A stretch of DNA of 64,000 nt from Eledone cirrhosa (GCA_964016885.1 CAXHJY010001290.1:17389-81388), one strand, 5' to 3'. Shown: positions 26,681 to 41,360, numbered from the stretch's first letter. Notes: a model not told the origin generated them from the sequence alone. Program-made: numbers and translations.

Positions 26681-26880
<200 letters not shown>

Positions 26881-26898
26881 TATGTATATATGTATATA

Positions 26899-26975
<77 letters not shown>

Positions 26976-27323
26976 AATATTATAGCCCATCTATATTTAT
27001 ATCTCGTTTCCCCACACTCTTTGCTTCTTCTCCATAACCTCGTATCGTTGTTCAGTTCAGATGGATGTGATTGGAAAATGTCTTACTGTTGTTGTTGATT
27101 AGCCTGGAGTAAGTTCTGATTGAAAAACGAAGAAATGAGAGTCATTAAGGCGTCGCATGGAATGCTTCCGTATTTATTCCAGTTATCTGCCTTCTGGGTT
27201 CGATTTTCGTCGAGGTCAACTTTGCCTTTCAGCCTTTTATGTTCGATCACTGCTCCAGCACTGAGATCGATTCTTCTTCGTCTATCTTTATTTACCATCT
27301 TTCTCTGTCTCACTTTCTCACTC

Positions 27324-27404
<81 letters not shown>

Positions 27405-27569
27405 TCTCTCTGGAGGAATTCAGATTTTGTTCCACCCAGACGTGGGATGGATCCAGTCAGGTTTAAATAACCAACACAATATGTCAAGAAAGTGCCCCTA
27501 CGACTCCACCAAGAGTTAAGGGTTCAAATCTTGGTTAAGAAGTTATCTAATCAAAAGTGTATCAAGGTA

Positions 27570-27738
27570 GACATGTCTTGTGTGGTTAAGGAGTTCGCTT
27601 AGCAGCCATGTGATATCGAGTTTCACCGTACTGTACCCCGGGGCAAGTGTCTTCTAGTATAGACTTGGCTTGACAAATATCTGATGGGTAGAATTTACTA
27701 GTCAGAAATATTAGCAGATCCTCCTAAATATACGGCGC

Positions 27739-27801
<63 letters not shown>

Positions 27802-27810
27802 TGTGTGTGT

Positions 27811-27855
<45 letters not shown>

Positions 27856-27892
27856 TGTGTCTGTGTGTGTGTGTCTGTGTGTGTGTGTGTGT

Positions 27893-27935
<43 letters not shown>

Positions 27936-28112
27936 TGTATGTTTGTGTTTACGTTCCATAACTTAACGATTCAACAGAATGAGATCGGAAGAATAAGTAC
28001 CAGGCTTAAAACCTAGTTGTATGGTTGATAAGATCGATTAAATTCCTTTAGAGTTGTGCCCCAGTATGGCCATAGTTGAATGACTGAAACCAGTAAAAAG
28101 ACTAAAAGAATA
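27570..28112 (+). mobile_element. Composite CORE-like SINE with internal (GT)n tract
   Basis: tRNA-like head, gggcaagtgtcttc core, (GT)n, 3' gtgccccagtatggcc...tgactgaaaccagtaaaa; relatives at about 18935-19270, 32330-32465 and 48930-49500. Confidence 0.7.
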
Positions 28113-28128
28113 AAAAAAGCTTATTTAT

Positions 28129-28182
<54 letters not shown>

Positions 28183-28286
28183 TCCTGAATAATTAGACAG
28201 AATTCGTTTATAATTTTACTCTCCATAGGTATGTATTATGTATATAATATATGTGTGTCTTTATATACTGTAAATATTCTACAAAC

Positions 28287-28408
28287 CTCTCTACGCTCAT
28301 GACCGTCAATGTGGTGACTGAACAAATTGCTGACACGTTCTGAAGATAATACACTCCCTTGCAGAGGAACTCTCCAAACTCCCAGGTGAAGGTGAAGAAT
28401 GTTGCAAA
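28287..28408 (-). CDS. GPCR coding exon 2 (ECL1, TM3)
   Basis: Acceptor ttctctttttcag|TTT; FATFFTFTWEFGEFLCKGVYYLQNVSAICSVTTLTVMSVE(R) with WxFG...C motif; 122 nt; phase-2 donor AG|gtttgt. Confidence 0.95.
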
Positions 28409-28558
28409 CTGAAAAAGAGAACACGACACAAATAGAACCAGCGAAGACGGACAGTTCGACATCTTATAAGGTTTAAGAAGGTGAACAAAGGTGAAATACA
28501 AAGACATGTAATGGACAAAATATAAACGCAAAAAAAAAAAAATGTATAAAAATGTGTA

Positions 28559-29255
28559 CAGGGTGGTCCGAAAGTCTTGTCACCCCCTTGTCACATATTG
28601 TTTTAACTGTCATTCGGTAGAGGGTCTGACGCCATGCTTTGCAGCAAAGAGTTACGGCCCTTTATGGTTTGAGTTTAAATCCCGCCGAGGTTGACTTTGC
28701 CTTTCATCCTTACGGGGTCGATAAAATAAAGTACCAGTAATGTACTGAGTAATTGTTGGCCTTGTGCCAAAAGTAGAAACAATTATTTTTTGTGGATTGG
28801 CAGTATCGGTAGAGGGTGGGACGCCATGCTTTCCAGCATAGTTACGTCCCTTTACGATCTGAGTTCAAATCCCGCCGAGGTTGACTTTGCCTTTCATCCT
28901 TACGGGGTCGATAAAATAAAGTACCAGTAATGCACTGGGTAATTGCTGGCCTTGTGCCTAAAGTAGAAACAATTATTTTTTGTTTTAATAATATATAATA
29001 TCATCAATTATAATATATAATAATGATAGTATAATTTTCTATTTCAGAGCTCGTACAGTTTGGAAGAGATGCTGCTTGCAAGTGTATGGACACATGATTG
29101 TGTGCATTCTAGCAAGAGCATGGAGTATGTGTGACATGACTTCACTGCAAGATTCGGCAAACCAGCTCCTCCAAAGAGGACGATACTGCGATGGGAACAT
29201 AAACTGTTTCTCATTACTTTTTGGTAGGGGGTGACAAGACTTTCGGACCACCCTG
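28559..29255. mobile_element. Tc1/mariner-type non-autonomous element with two nested SINEs
   Basis: Perfect 30-bp TIRs cagggtggtccgaaagtcttgtcaccccct, TA duplication; SINEs at about 28615-28785 and 28792-28975. Confidence 0.88.
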
Positions 29256-29649
29256 TACAATGAAAATATTTACGTCGAATGAAATGAAAAAGAAAAAAAT
29301 ATGACATTTCGGATTAAGCCTTGTATCAAAGTAGAGTCAAAGAAGAAAAGTAATTAGAATTAAAGTATCAAAACTTTACCCTGTTAAAAAAGCAAGTCGG
29401 TATCCATCAGATTAATCTTGTAAAAAATGGTTATATATATATATCAAACATAAATAGAAATATTGGGTCATCAAGTATGAAATTTGTAGAAAATCTGTTT
29501 TTTTCCCCAAATTTCTTCAAATTTTATACTTGACGACCCAATAAAAACATCTCGATTTCGTTATTCTGTAAAGAACTCAATGGAAGTAAGATGCAATAAC
29601 CCCATATCAGAGTATACTTATGCAAGAATATTATAGAAAAACGATATTT

Positions 29650-31215
29650 CATATATCATACTATATTTAACATATCACACTATACTTCACATACCACACT
29701 ATGCCTGTTTGCCATACTATGTCTCACATACTGCACTATATTTGCTTACTATAAAATGTTTCATACACCATACTATGTCTGCTTGCTATACTATGTCTCC
29801 CAAATCACACAATCTCTGCTTACTATACAATATCTCACATACCACACTATGCCTGTTTGCCATTCTATATCACACATATCACACATATCACACAATATCT
29901 GCTTGCTATACTATGTCTGACATATCACACTCTACCTCACATATCACACAGTATCTGCTTGCTATACTATGTCCCACATGTCACACTATACTTCACATAT
30001 CACACAGTATCTGCTTGCTAGACTATATCTCACATATTACACTATACCTCACATATCACACTATGACTGCTTACTAAACTATATCTCACATATCACACTA
30101 TAACTGCTTGCTATATTATATCTCACATATCCCACTATGTCTGCTTACTAAACTATATCTCACATATCACACTATGACTGCTTGCTATACTATATCTCAC
30201 ATATCACATTATGTCTGCTTACTAAACTATATCACACATATCACACTATCACTGCTTGCTATACTATGTCTCACATATTACACTATACCTCACATATCCC
30301 ACTATGTCTGCTTACTAAACTATATCTCACATATCACACTATCACTGCTTGCTATACTATATCTCACATATTACACTATACCTCACATATCCCACTATGT
30401 CTGCTTACTAAACTATATCTCACATATCACACTATGACTGCTTGCTATACTATATCTCACATATCCCACTATCACTGCTTGCTATATTATATCTCACATA
30501 TTACACTATACCTCACATATCCCACTATGTCTGCTTACTAAACTATATCTCACATATCCCACTATGTCTGCTTACTAAACTATATCTCACATATTACACT
30601 ATACCTCACATATCCCACTATGTCTGCTTACTAAACTATCACTGCTTGCTATACTATATCTCACATATCCCACTATATCTCACATATTACACTATCACTG
30701 CTTGCTATACTATATCTCAAATATTACACTATATATCACATATCACACTATGTCTGCTTACTAAACTATATCTCACATATCACACTATCACTGCTTGCTA
30801 TACTATATCTCACATATCCCACTATGTCTGCTTACTAAACTATATCTCACATATTACACTATGATTGCTTGCTATACTATATCTCACATATTACACTATA
30901 CCTCACATATCCCACTAAGTCTGCTTACTAAACTATATCTCACATATCACACTATGACTGCTTGCTATACTATATCTCACATATTACACTATATCTCACA
31001 TATCACACTATGTCTGCTTACTAAACTATATCTCACATATCACACTATGACTGCTTGCTATATTATATCTCACATATTACACTATACCTCACATACCCCA
31101 CTATGACTGCTTACTAAACTATATCTCACATATCACACTATGACTGCTTGCTATATTATATCTCACATATTACACTATATCTCACATATCCCACTATGTC
31201 TGCTTGCCATTGTAT
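29650..31215. repeat. Minisatellite of 18-19-nt subunits (tatctcacatatcacacta / tgactgcttgctatacta)
   Basis: Direct inspection; 37- and 56-nt combinations. Confidence 0.92.
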
Positions 31216-31689
31216 ATCACAAGTCTACTACCAGCAGTTAATTAATTTTATACGATAGTGGGAATTAATTCCTATATACTTAAACGCCCTTTAACCTATT
31301 CATCGACAGCTACTTTGTTTGCTTCTGGGCCAGTTTCAATAACTGATCTCACGTTGACCTTCTAAAGTATTAAACATTCTGTTAGTGATAGCTATCTATA
31401 GAACTCTTCACTTCACTTACTACTGAATTTATATGTTATGCTTTATAACTGACAATTCCAGAATAGACGAGCAACTTAATCTAAGTTTCTCATTTATTAT
31501 GAATATATTAATATAATGAATATATTAATATAATAAATGACTGATAAGTTTAAGAAAGTCCGTACAATGCAGTAAAAATATATATTGGGAAAAGGATAAC
31601 AAATAAAACAAAATAAAGCAATGTTTTTACCCAGTATATTTCAATATATCTTTGCAAATGTAAAAAACGAGAACAGTGCAAAGCAAAAG

Positions 31690-31854
<165 letters not shown>

Positions 31855-32689
31855 AGGTGGGTGAAAGTGGCGAGAATGGCCCGAGTGAATGGGCCTTCTC
31901 TCTATATCAGCCTGTAGGTTGAGGAAAAGGAGGAGGAGAAGAAAGGAGTACAAACTCTTCGTACTCCTGGAGATGAGGGTTACACATTTTTTCGGGGGTA
32001 TGTGTTACCCATATAAACTGTCTCCCCCTATTGGGGAAAATCGACTAACTTTTTAAATTGCATTTGTGATAACATTTTACACGTTTTTATTGTATGTAAA
32101 CCCCCCTTTGTATTTGTCCCCTTCTTTTGTGCCCCTGTGGCTAATAAAGAAACATATCTATCTATCTATCTCTATATATGAGTGTATGTGTGTGTGCATA
32201 TATAAGTATGTGTGGGTGGGTGCATGATGTATGAGTGTGTATGCGTGTCTACGTGTTTATGTGTGTGTGTGCGTGCGTGTGTATGTATCTATACGTATGT
32301 GTGTGTTTACATTTACTGATTGTTTATGTCCCGTAATGTAACAGTTGTAAAATAAGAGCCAGACTTAAAACATAAGAATTGCGTTCGAGATGACCGACTA
32401 AATGTTTTCAACATATTGCCCCAGTAGGGCTGCAGTCTAATGACTGAAATAAGTAAAAGAATAAAAAAATAAAAAATAAAAAAATTATTTTGTCTAACCG
32501 ATGTTATTTTATTTAATGGATTATGGCAATTTTTGCTTCAATTAAAATTTCTATATTAATATTTAATAATTGTTTCTACTTTTGGCACAAGGCCAGCAAT
32601 TACCCAGTACATTACTGGTACTTTATTTTATCGACCCCGTAAGGATGAAAGGCAAAGTTAATCCATATACAATTATAAATATTTTGTAT

Positions 32690-32862
32690 TTCCCAATTAC
32701 CAGTAAGAAAATTAGCTCAATGTAAAATATCAGATATATTACAGAGCAGAAATACAACGTACAAAACAATCAATTTTTTGTTTAATGCATTTGTCTGGAA
32801 GAAACGATCGTCAGCAATTAAATGCATTAAACAAAAGTTTGATTGTTTTCTATGTTGTATAT
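32690..32862 (-). mobile_element. Inverted-arm element remnant with hammerhead 3' half
   Basis: Arms atacaac...aatgcattt / aaatgcatt...gttgtat; spacer has GAAACGATCGTC on plus strand; tail related to about 40058-40112. Confidence 0.6.
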
Positions 32863-33284
32863 TAATATTTAGGTAAAGCAAAATAAGAAATAGGAAATAC
32901 TAAACGATATTACTTTCTAAATTATTTATAATACAACAACATTAACAAGTGTGAAAAGGGAATCATTCGCTAACCAGACTCTCAGGAGTATCATTTTATA
33001 TTAATACATGACAAACGAATTATAATTTTAACAAGTTAACACCTGTGTTTCTCTTCGACTTGTTTTGATTTGTTTGTTTGGTTTCAAGTTATCAGTGATG
33101 GTAATGAAGTGATGCAGAATAGTTCGGGGTCAAAGGTGTTGGAAAGCACTTAGTTTACCATTCCTACACACACCACTGAAATCTCTTTAGGGACCCTTAT
33201 GTGTCCACTTCTTTTGAATCGTTAAAATACCAATGACGCTACAGTTCACTAATTGGAATGTAATATACGATTTACGATATAATG

Positions 33285-33680
33285 TTTTCTGATTTCGGCG
33301 TGAGGTCAACAATTTTTGAAACAGGAAGGGGAAAAGTCGAATAAATCGACCCCAGTTCGTTACTGGTCCTTTATTTTATCGACTTCGTAAGGGTGAAAAG
33401 CAAAGCTAACCTCGGTGGGATTTTAACTTAGAAGATAAAGGGCCGTAACTCTATGCCACGAAGCATGTTGTATGATGCTCTACCGATACTGCCAATCCAC
33501 CTTCTATCGGTAGAGAGTCTGACACCATGTGTTAAGCAAAGAGTTACGGTCCTTTATGGTCTGAGTTCAAATCCCGCCGAGGTTACCTTTGCCTTTCATC
33601 CTTACGGGGTCGATAAACTAAGGTACCAGTAATACACTGGGATAATTGCTGGCCTTGTGCCAAACGTAGAAACAATTATT
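33285..33680. mobile_element. Head-to-head pair of major SINEs
   Basis: Minus copy about 33285-33502 abuts plus copy about 33505-33680. Confidence 0.85.
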
Positions 33681-33890
33681 TATTTATTATATTATTAAAC
33701 TCGTCCAAGCGCCTGATGGCTAGGCCACAAATTTGATCGGTCTTACAATCTGGGGAGATGGTCATAATTGAACCTTGAAACCTTAGATAGCGTTTTTGTT
33801 CCGTGTATGAACATAAATTATATATATATAAATACATACACACACACACACACACCACACACACACACACACAGACATATATATATATAT

Positions 33891-34115
33891 CGTTTCTGAA
33901 TTTGTTTAGTAAGATTCTTTATCTGAAAACGTGTGTTGAAACCGATATTGTTATACTTTGGGAGAGTCATGTTGCTAATAAGAAACACACGCACCAGTTG
34001 CTTTCACTCCAATTTATTATAAATTAAATTAATAAATTTAATTTATAATAAATTGGAGTGAAAGCAACTGGTGCTTGTGTCTCTTATTGGCAACATGGCC
34101 CTCCCAAAGTATAAC
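33891..34115 (-). mobile_element. Family B inverted-arm element with tail
   Basis: Arms about 33950-34030 and 34036-34115; same end sequence as about 6245-6326 and related to 38492/39135. Confidence 0.75.
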
Positions 34116-34301
34116 TATATATATATATATATAACGAAAGAAATGTGGTAAGGAACCAGGTGGACCATAACGCACCAAAGTACTCAATACTTAGGGTAGT
34201 AGAGTGGGTAATAGGAACGAATAGGACCCCGACGGCTGAGCTCAAGCCGTTTCGACGGCTAATTCAGGACTCAGAGCTCAGCCGTCGGGGTCCTATTCGT
34301 T

Positions 34302-34390
<89 letters not shown>

Positions 34391-34392
<2 letters not shown>

Positions 34393-34724
34393 AATGATGA
34401 ATCGAACCATAACAAATATGTTTAGACTTTTGTGTTTCTCAATAAGTAAGTTCAATAGACTTTATCTAGAGCCATAATAACCAAATTAAAAGATATATGT
34501 TTATATAGAGAGAGAAAGAGCCATATATCGTAAAAAACACACGGTATATTGTATATATATATATATCAAATACATATTCTATAGTATAATATGGACACAG
34601 GGGAAGCGTAAATGAAACCTTATAGCGCTATTTCATACCTGGAAACTGTGGCTTAAAATCAATCTATGATATATGGTTCTTTCTCTCTATATATAAATAT
34701 ATAAACATATATCTTTTATTTTGG

Positions 34725-34728
<4 letters not shown>
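34391..34728 (-). mobile_element. Inverted-arm element with tail in (TA)n
   Basis: Arms about 34477-34532 and 34666-34728; tail to the left. Confidence 0.65.
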
Positions 34729-34763
<35 letters not shown>

Positions 34764-34768
<5 letters not shown>

Positions 34769-34972
34769 TTAATATAGATGAGATTCTACAGGACTAGAAC
34801 TGTTTCATTCTTTAGAAATCATCAGGAATCTCCTGAAGATTCCTGATGATTTCTAAAGAATGAAACAGTTCTAGTCCTGTAGAATCTCATCTATATTAAA
34901 ACTTTTATACTCTGCAATGTATTGAGTACCTTACTTACTGTGGTTACCTCCGATTCAACCCGGAATAACGTA

Positions 34973-34974
<2 letters not shown>
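34764..34974 (+). mobile_element. Perfect palindromic element with a complete hammerhead in each arm, plus tail
   Basis: Arms 34765-34831 and 34837-34903; related copy at about 37485-37615 (-). Confidence 0.85.
34837..34887 (+). ncRNA. Type I hammerhead ribozyme, canonical core (mirror copy 34781-34831 on minus)
   Basis: agattc-CTGATGA-t-ttc/taaa/gaa-t-GAA-ACAG/CTGT-A-gaatct; GUA triplet, predicted cleavage after 34881. Confidence 0.8.
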
Positions 34975-35008
<34 letters not shown>

Positions 35009-35257
35009 AACAAAAGATGGTTAAAAGAGTTCCATGTATTTTATTATGCGCATTTCAAAAACAAATATCATCATGCAATAATATTTGTGTTTTCATCAGA
35101 TAAAACAGGAAGACATGATATGAAGGTTAAAAAACACTTGTGGATAGTGCAGTTTTAAATCAACATATATTATGTATACTCCAGTCCTACAAACTGTAGA
35201 GTGCTTCTTATCCGATATCTGCATTGCTTTATTGTACTACAATAAAACTCACCTCCT

Positions 35258-35338
<81 letters not shown>

Positions 35339-35368
35339 TATATATATATATAGATGCATATATATGCA

Positions 35369-35417
<49 letters not shown>

Positions 35418-35631
35418 ATATGCATATATATATATATGCACAGCCACACATACATATATATATAAGTGTGTGTATGTTGAGAATAATTATCAAGGACATA
35501 GGATCGCACTTAGTGACCGGTATCGACATCTTGGTTGAAGCTAAGATGCTAAGATATTTTATCTCATTAGAAAACAGAACAACCTAAATCATACATTCCT
35601 TTTACTATATATATCTATCTATATATCTATA

Positions 35632-35723
<92 letters not shown>

Positions 35724-35757
35724 CTATATATATCTATATATATCTATATATCTATAC

Positions 35758-35829
<72 letters not shown>

Positions 35830-35858
35830 CTCTCTCTCACCCTCTCTCTCTCTCTCTC

Positions 35859-35914
<56 letters not shown>

Positions 35915-35988
35915 CATATATATGAATATATATATATATATATGTACATATATATATATATGTATATATATACATATATATCTATATA

Positions 35989-36059
<71 letters not shown>

Positions 36060-36755
36060 GTATTTATTTATATATATATATATATGTATATATAATGTAT
36101 TTTGCAATACCAATTCTAATTTTTTTATATATATATATTTGTATATATATGCACACACACGTATATATGTATCTATATATTTATTTATATATATATGTAT
36201 ATATTTGTATATATATATGCACACACACGTATATATGTATATATATATTTCATATTTTCGTGGTTTTTTTTAAAAAACTTATTATAGAATGTACTAGAAA
36301 AGCCGGCTTTCTTTTATTTATACGGACAATGTACGATCTTCTGTTTAACTGAATTAATTTGAACTACCATTAATTATCCTTTGGTAGTTATTCATCTTAT
36401 TAGATTTTGTCTGGCAACGTGAATGAATAACAACCAGCTTTAAAAGCAGAACGAACAATACGTTGTCTTTGGAGTGTATTTGTCTTGTCCCTAGCCTGAT
36501 AAAATGCATTGAAAGATTCGGTCAGAGAGCATGCAACGAACTGTGAATATTACGTACAGAATGTTGCAGTTATATATAATATATATTACAGTATATTATA
36601 GAAATAACATTGAGGATTAAATAAAGGATAGAAAGATGTAGATTGTGTAATTTCTCATTCTCATTCTTGGTAATTGTTGTTCGTTGAATTATTACACCAT
36701 ACAGATTCTTATTTGATTGTAGTAATCCCCCTCGTCCTGTCCCCCTCCATCTCTC

Positions 36756-36858
<103 letters not shown>

Positions 36859-37324
36859 ACGAAGGAAATGTGGTAAGGAACCAGGTGGACCATAACGCAC
36901 CAAAGTACTCAATACTTAGGGTAGTAGAGTGGGTAATAGGAGTGGTTTCGACGGCTAATTCTGTACTGAATTAGCCGTCGAAACGGCTTGAGCTCAGCCG
37001 TCGGGGTCTTACTTGTTCCTATATATATATATAGATATATATATAGATATATAAATAAATATACACGGGTGTGTATGATTGTGTATAGAAGATTATATTG
37101 GTAAAAGGAATTCCAATTTTGTCTGATTTACTCGTTTTATTTACAATTCTTTAAAATTTATAATGGTATTAGAATGAAATAGTATGGTAGAATATTAAAT
37201 GTTAAGTGTTAATTGAACAAGTACTTTCATGCTTTGGCAATCTTCAGGTTCATATTCTGTGGTGACAGTCAAGTTTGCAATCTTCAACTGTCATATATAT
37301 ATTTATATATCTATCTATTTATCC

Positions 37325-37486
<162 letters not shown>

Positions 37487-37713
37487 CCCGATTAATATCG
37501 GCGGGTAACCATAGTTAATACAAGCACTCAATACATTATTAGAGTGTAAGCATCTTTATTTAATATAGAAATGACTTCCACAGGACTAGTAGTCTTCTAT
37601 ATTAAATAAAGATATATACATATATTTTTGGCTAGGTACTACTACTAAGTTAGACATGGCCTGGGCCAATACTGTCCGAAACCTATCAAAGTTATCAAAG
37701 TTATATATATATA

Positions 37714-37806
<93 letters not shown>

Positions 37807-38116
37807 AACCAGTAAGATCCCATGAAAATTTATCCTGGTATTTAAATAGCCGATCTTCTCAAGGGGTAATTCCATATATGGTCAAAGTGATTGTCAAAAA
37901 TCAGTAGTAATTCTGTGATTGCAAATTAGTAGGGGGGATGGTGGCTAAACCTGCCAGTAGGAGAAAGAGGGGAGGGGGTGGAGTAGCCCCAATCAAGCGT
38001 TTGTAGTGCCAGCTACAGCTGGGGTCTTACTGGTTCCTATTACCCACTCTACTACCTCAAGTATTGAGTACTTTGGTGCGTTATGGTCCACCTGGTTCCT
38101 TACCACATTTCCTTCG

Positions 38117-38168
<52 letters not shown>

Positions 38169-38363
38169 CCTGCTGCTATCCAAGATCTCGGCTGAGCCCA
38201 CAGCACGGTACGAAGTTAACCCAAGGGCAGCAGCAACGAACTCCCTCTTATACCAATGGCCAGCCAACACAGGCTGGAGGTAGAATGTGCAGCAACAAGG
38301 GCGGTGCCCCAGCATGGCCTTAGCCGGATGGCTAGAATAGGTAAAAGAGTAAAAGAGTAAAAG

Positions 38364-38450
<87 letters not shown>

Positions 38451-38453
<3 letters not shown>

Positions 38454-39135
38454 TTGCGAGGTTTTTTATATGAAATCGTGTGTCGAAACAGATATTGTTA
38501 TATTTGGGGAGGGTCATATTTGCGTAATATTGCCAGAATTAATAACAGAACACACTCACTGTTTGGTTGGTTTTCGCTTCTCGCTGTCTTTTATATATAT
38601 ATATCTGCGATCTAACTTACTCGGTCCTCAATGTTGCCATTGACTGACCGGCGGTCAAAAATAATACAGATACAATATAGACAAACACATATATATATAG
38701 TTTACATAATTTACATAAATCTTTCGTTGACATCTGCAACATCGTCAGTGGTGTTATATTCATTGTTCCTCCTGTTGTGTTGTATGTCTACGCCATTTTT
38801 TTTTTTTGTTCAGTCTGAACAAAAAAAAAATGGCGTAGACATACAACACAACAGGAGGAACAATGAATATAACACCACTGACGATGTTGCAGATGTGCAA
38901 CGAAAGATTTATGTAAATTATGTAAACTATATATATATGTGTTTGTCTATATTGTATCTGTATTATTTTTGACCGCCGGTCAGTCAATGGCAACATTGAG
39001 GACCGAGTAAGTTAGATCGCAGATATATATATATAAAAGACAGCGAGAAGCGAAAACCAACCAAACAGTGAGTGTGTTCTGTTATTAATTCTGGCAATAT
39101 TACGCAAATATGACCCTCCCCAAATATAACAATAT
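38451..39135 (-). mobile_element. Family B-related element with ~322-bp near-perfect inverted arms and tail
   Basis: Arms 38492-38813 and 38815-39135; hammerhead core CTGACGA-t-gttgca/tgcaac-GAAA at 38878-38905 with poor helix I. Confidence 0.85.
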
Positions 39136-39440
39136 ATATATATATATATATATATAACAAAGGAATTGTGGTAAGGAACCAGATGGACCATAACGCACCA
39201 GAGTACTCAATACTTAGGGTAGTAGAGTGGGAAATAGGAAAAAGTATGACCCCGACGACAGAGCTCAAGCCGTTTCGACGGCTAAGCCGTCGAAACAGCT
39301 TGAGCTCTGCCGTCGGGGGTCATACTTTTTCCTATATATATATAATGAAAAATTGAACAAGGACAGAACAGAGAGGCAGTACGATAAATGTTTATTAAAT
39401 TCACGCTCAGGAGAGTGGGGGGGGGGGTTAGGTGGAGGAC

Positions 39441-39472
39441 GACGTTTCGGGCATAAGCCCTTCTTCAGGTGA
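39441..39472 (-). ncRNA. Minimal hammerhead core (helix I only about 2 bp)
   Basis: CTGAAGA-a-gggc/ttat/gccc-GAA-ACGT-C; host repeat also at about 54870-54950. Confidence 0.5.
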
Positions 39473-39736
39473 GAGTTCAAAAGGTGTGTAGGGGAGTGGT
39501 GGAGAGACATATAGCGAAAGGAAACGGTGCGAATGAAAAATTAACAAATAAAGACAAAAATATAATAAATAATAAATAAAAATAAAGCATGATCAAAATA
39601 AACTGAAATTAAAAGGGGGGTAAACAGGTGGTGGAAGGGTGTGGGGGGAGTAGAGGTGGTGGCGGGTGGAGTGGGGAGAGGGAGACGGGGTGTCCGAGCG
39701 GGGAGGGCTGAAGGTGGTGTGTGTGGTTAGGTGTGC

Positions 39737-39773
<37 letters not shown>

Positions 39774-39858
39774 AGTATTGAAGTTTCCGTTGAAAATTGA
39801 AAAAGGCATTGCTTTCTTGAGCTTGAGGAGATTTTTCAAATATTTCACTATGTTTTAA

Positions 39859-39934
39859 ATTGCCTTGTCCGATGAACGAATGAGGACGTGTTTCGTATTC
39901 GTCTTATTCGGGAAACCTCTGGTAATGAGGTAAT
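39859..39934 (+). ncRNA. Type I hammerhead fold with U4C core change
   Basis: attgccttgt-CCGATGA-11-bp helix II-GAA-ACC/GGT-A-atgaggtaat; 10-bp helix I including G-U pairs. Confidence 0.7.
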
Positions 39935-40496
39935 TATATTGTATTGTTTATTATACATTAAATTATATATATATATATATAGTATTAAGTATACTATTTA
40001 TGGTTATGCAAATACAAAAACTTTTTATATATTACTAGTAATATATTACTACCTTATTACCAGTAAGTTAAATAGCTCAATGTAATAACATCAGATGATT
40101 TACAGAGCAGTTATATATAAGTTATAAGAATCAAAGAACTGTTCAAAACATTTTTATGCTTACAACTGTTTCCTCCAAACCGAGGTTTGGAGGAAATATA
40201 TATATATATAAAGGGTAAAGACCCCCTTCAGGCACACATGACCATGGGATTTGCACCTAGAAAGTTCTTTTCGGAAACACAACCCCGAGGAAAGTGTTTT
40301 TGTAGAAGACCACCAGTCACCCTTGCATACCATGCTACCCTCTCCATGCCACCAATGTTGTCCAAGGGAAAAGCAAAGGCCGATACAGTTGGCACCAGAG
40401 ACATCGCAACTCATTTCTACTGCTGAGTGAACTGGAGCAACGTGAAATAAAGTATCTTGCTTAAGGGCACAATGCATCGCTCGGTTGCCACGTGCC

Positions 40497-40566
<70 letters not shown>

Positions 40567-41360
40567 TACAAATACGTGTGTAAGTGTGTGTGTGTATGTA
40601 TGTGTGTGTGTGTGTGTGGTGGTGTGGATGTATATGCGTGCGTGTGTGCATGCATGTATGTATAAATGTACATGTGTGTGAATGTAGGTGTATAATGGCG
40701 TAGGTAACGGTTTATTTCGCATGGAGTCGTTGATCCAGCTTCACGCCTCGCTTGTTTCCATTTCAATTAAGACAACGTTGTAAAAACATTCATTGCATTG
40801 AGGATGCTGCGAACAACACATCTCCCATTTGACCCCCTCCTATACACACACTCACACATACACACACACACCGGCACGCACACACACACACACACGCACT
40901 TACACACACGCTTACACACACACACACCCACACATATACACACTTACACACACATACACACACACACACACACACAAACACACACGCATACTCATTGAGG
41001 CAATATATCAATATAACTGATTATCATCCAATCAATACTACCACTTTATTAAGAAAATATCTTGTAGCAATTGACACTATTGATCACATAAAGTATTTTT
41101 TAAAGAGAACTGGAACGCTAAACTCTAAGAAAACACAATTAGATTCGAAGAACATTAAGTTTTATTTCCAAAGACAACACAGCATTTGAATTTAATTGGA
41201 ATACAATGGACATCTGTCAATATTATTATTCCAAATTGCTAATCTCAATGCATAGCTGGTCAGAGCAAATAATGAAACAGTATAAAAAAGTCTGATTTTA
41301 ATAACACAGATAAAATATCTCTAATTTACGATGACGTATATTTGTTGTTGTTGTTTTTCG

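Noticed and set aside
29709-31106. Overlapping ORFs with repeated peptides
   Set aside because: Minisatellite translation.
36495-36545. Hammerhead-like CTGATAA...GCAAC
   Set aside because: Two uncompensated core changes and no helix I.
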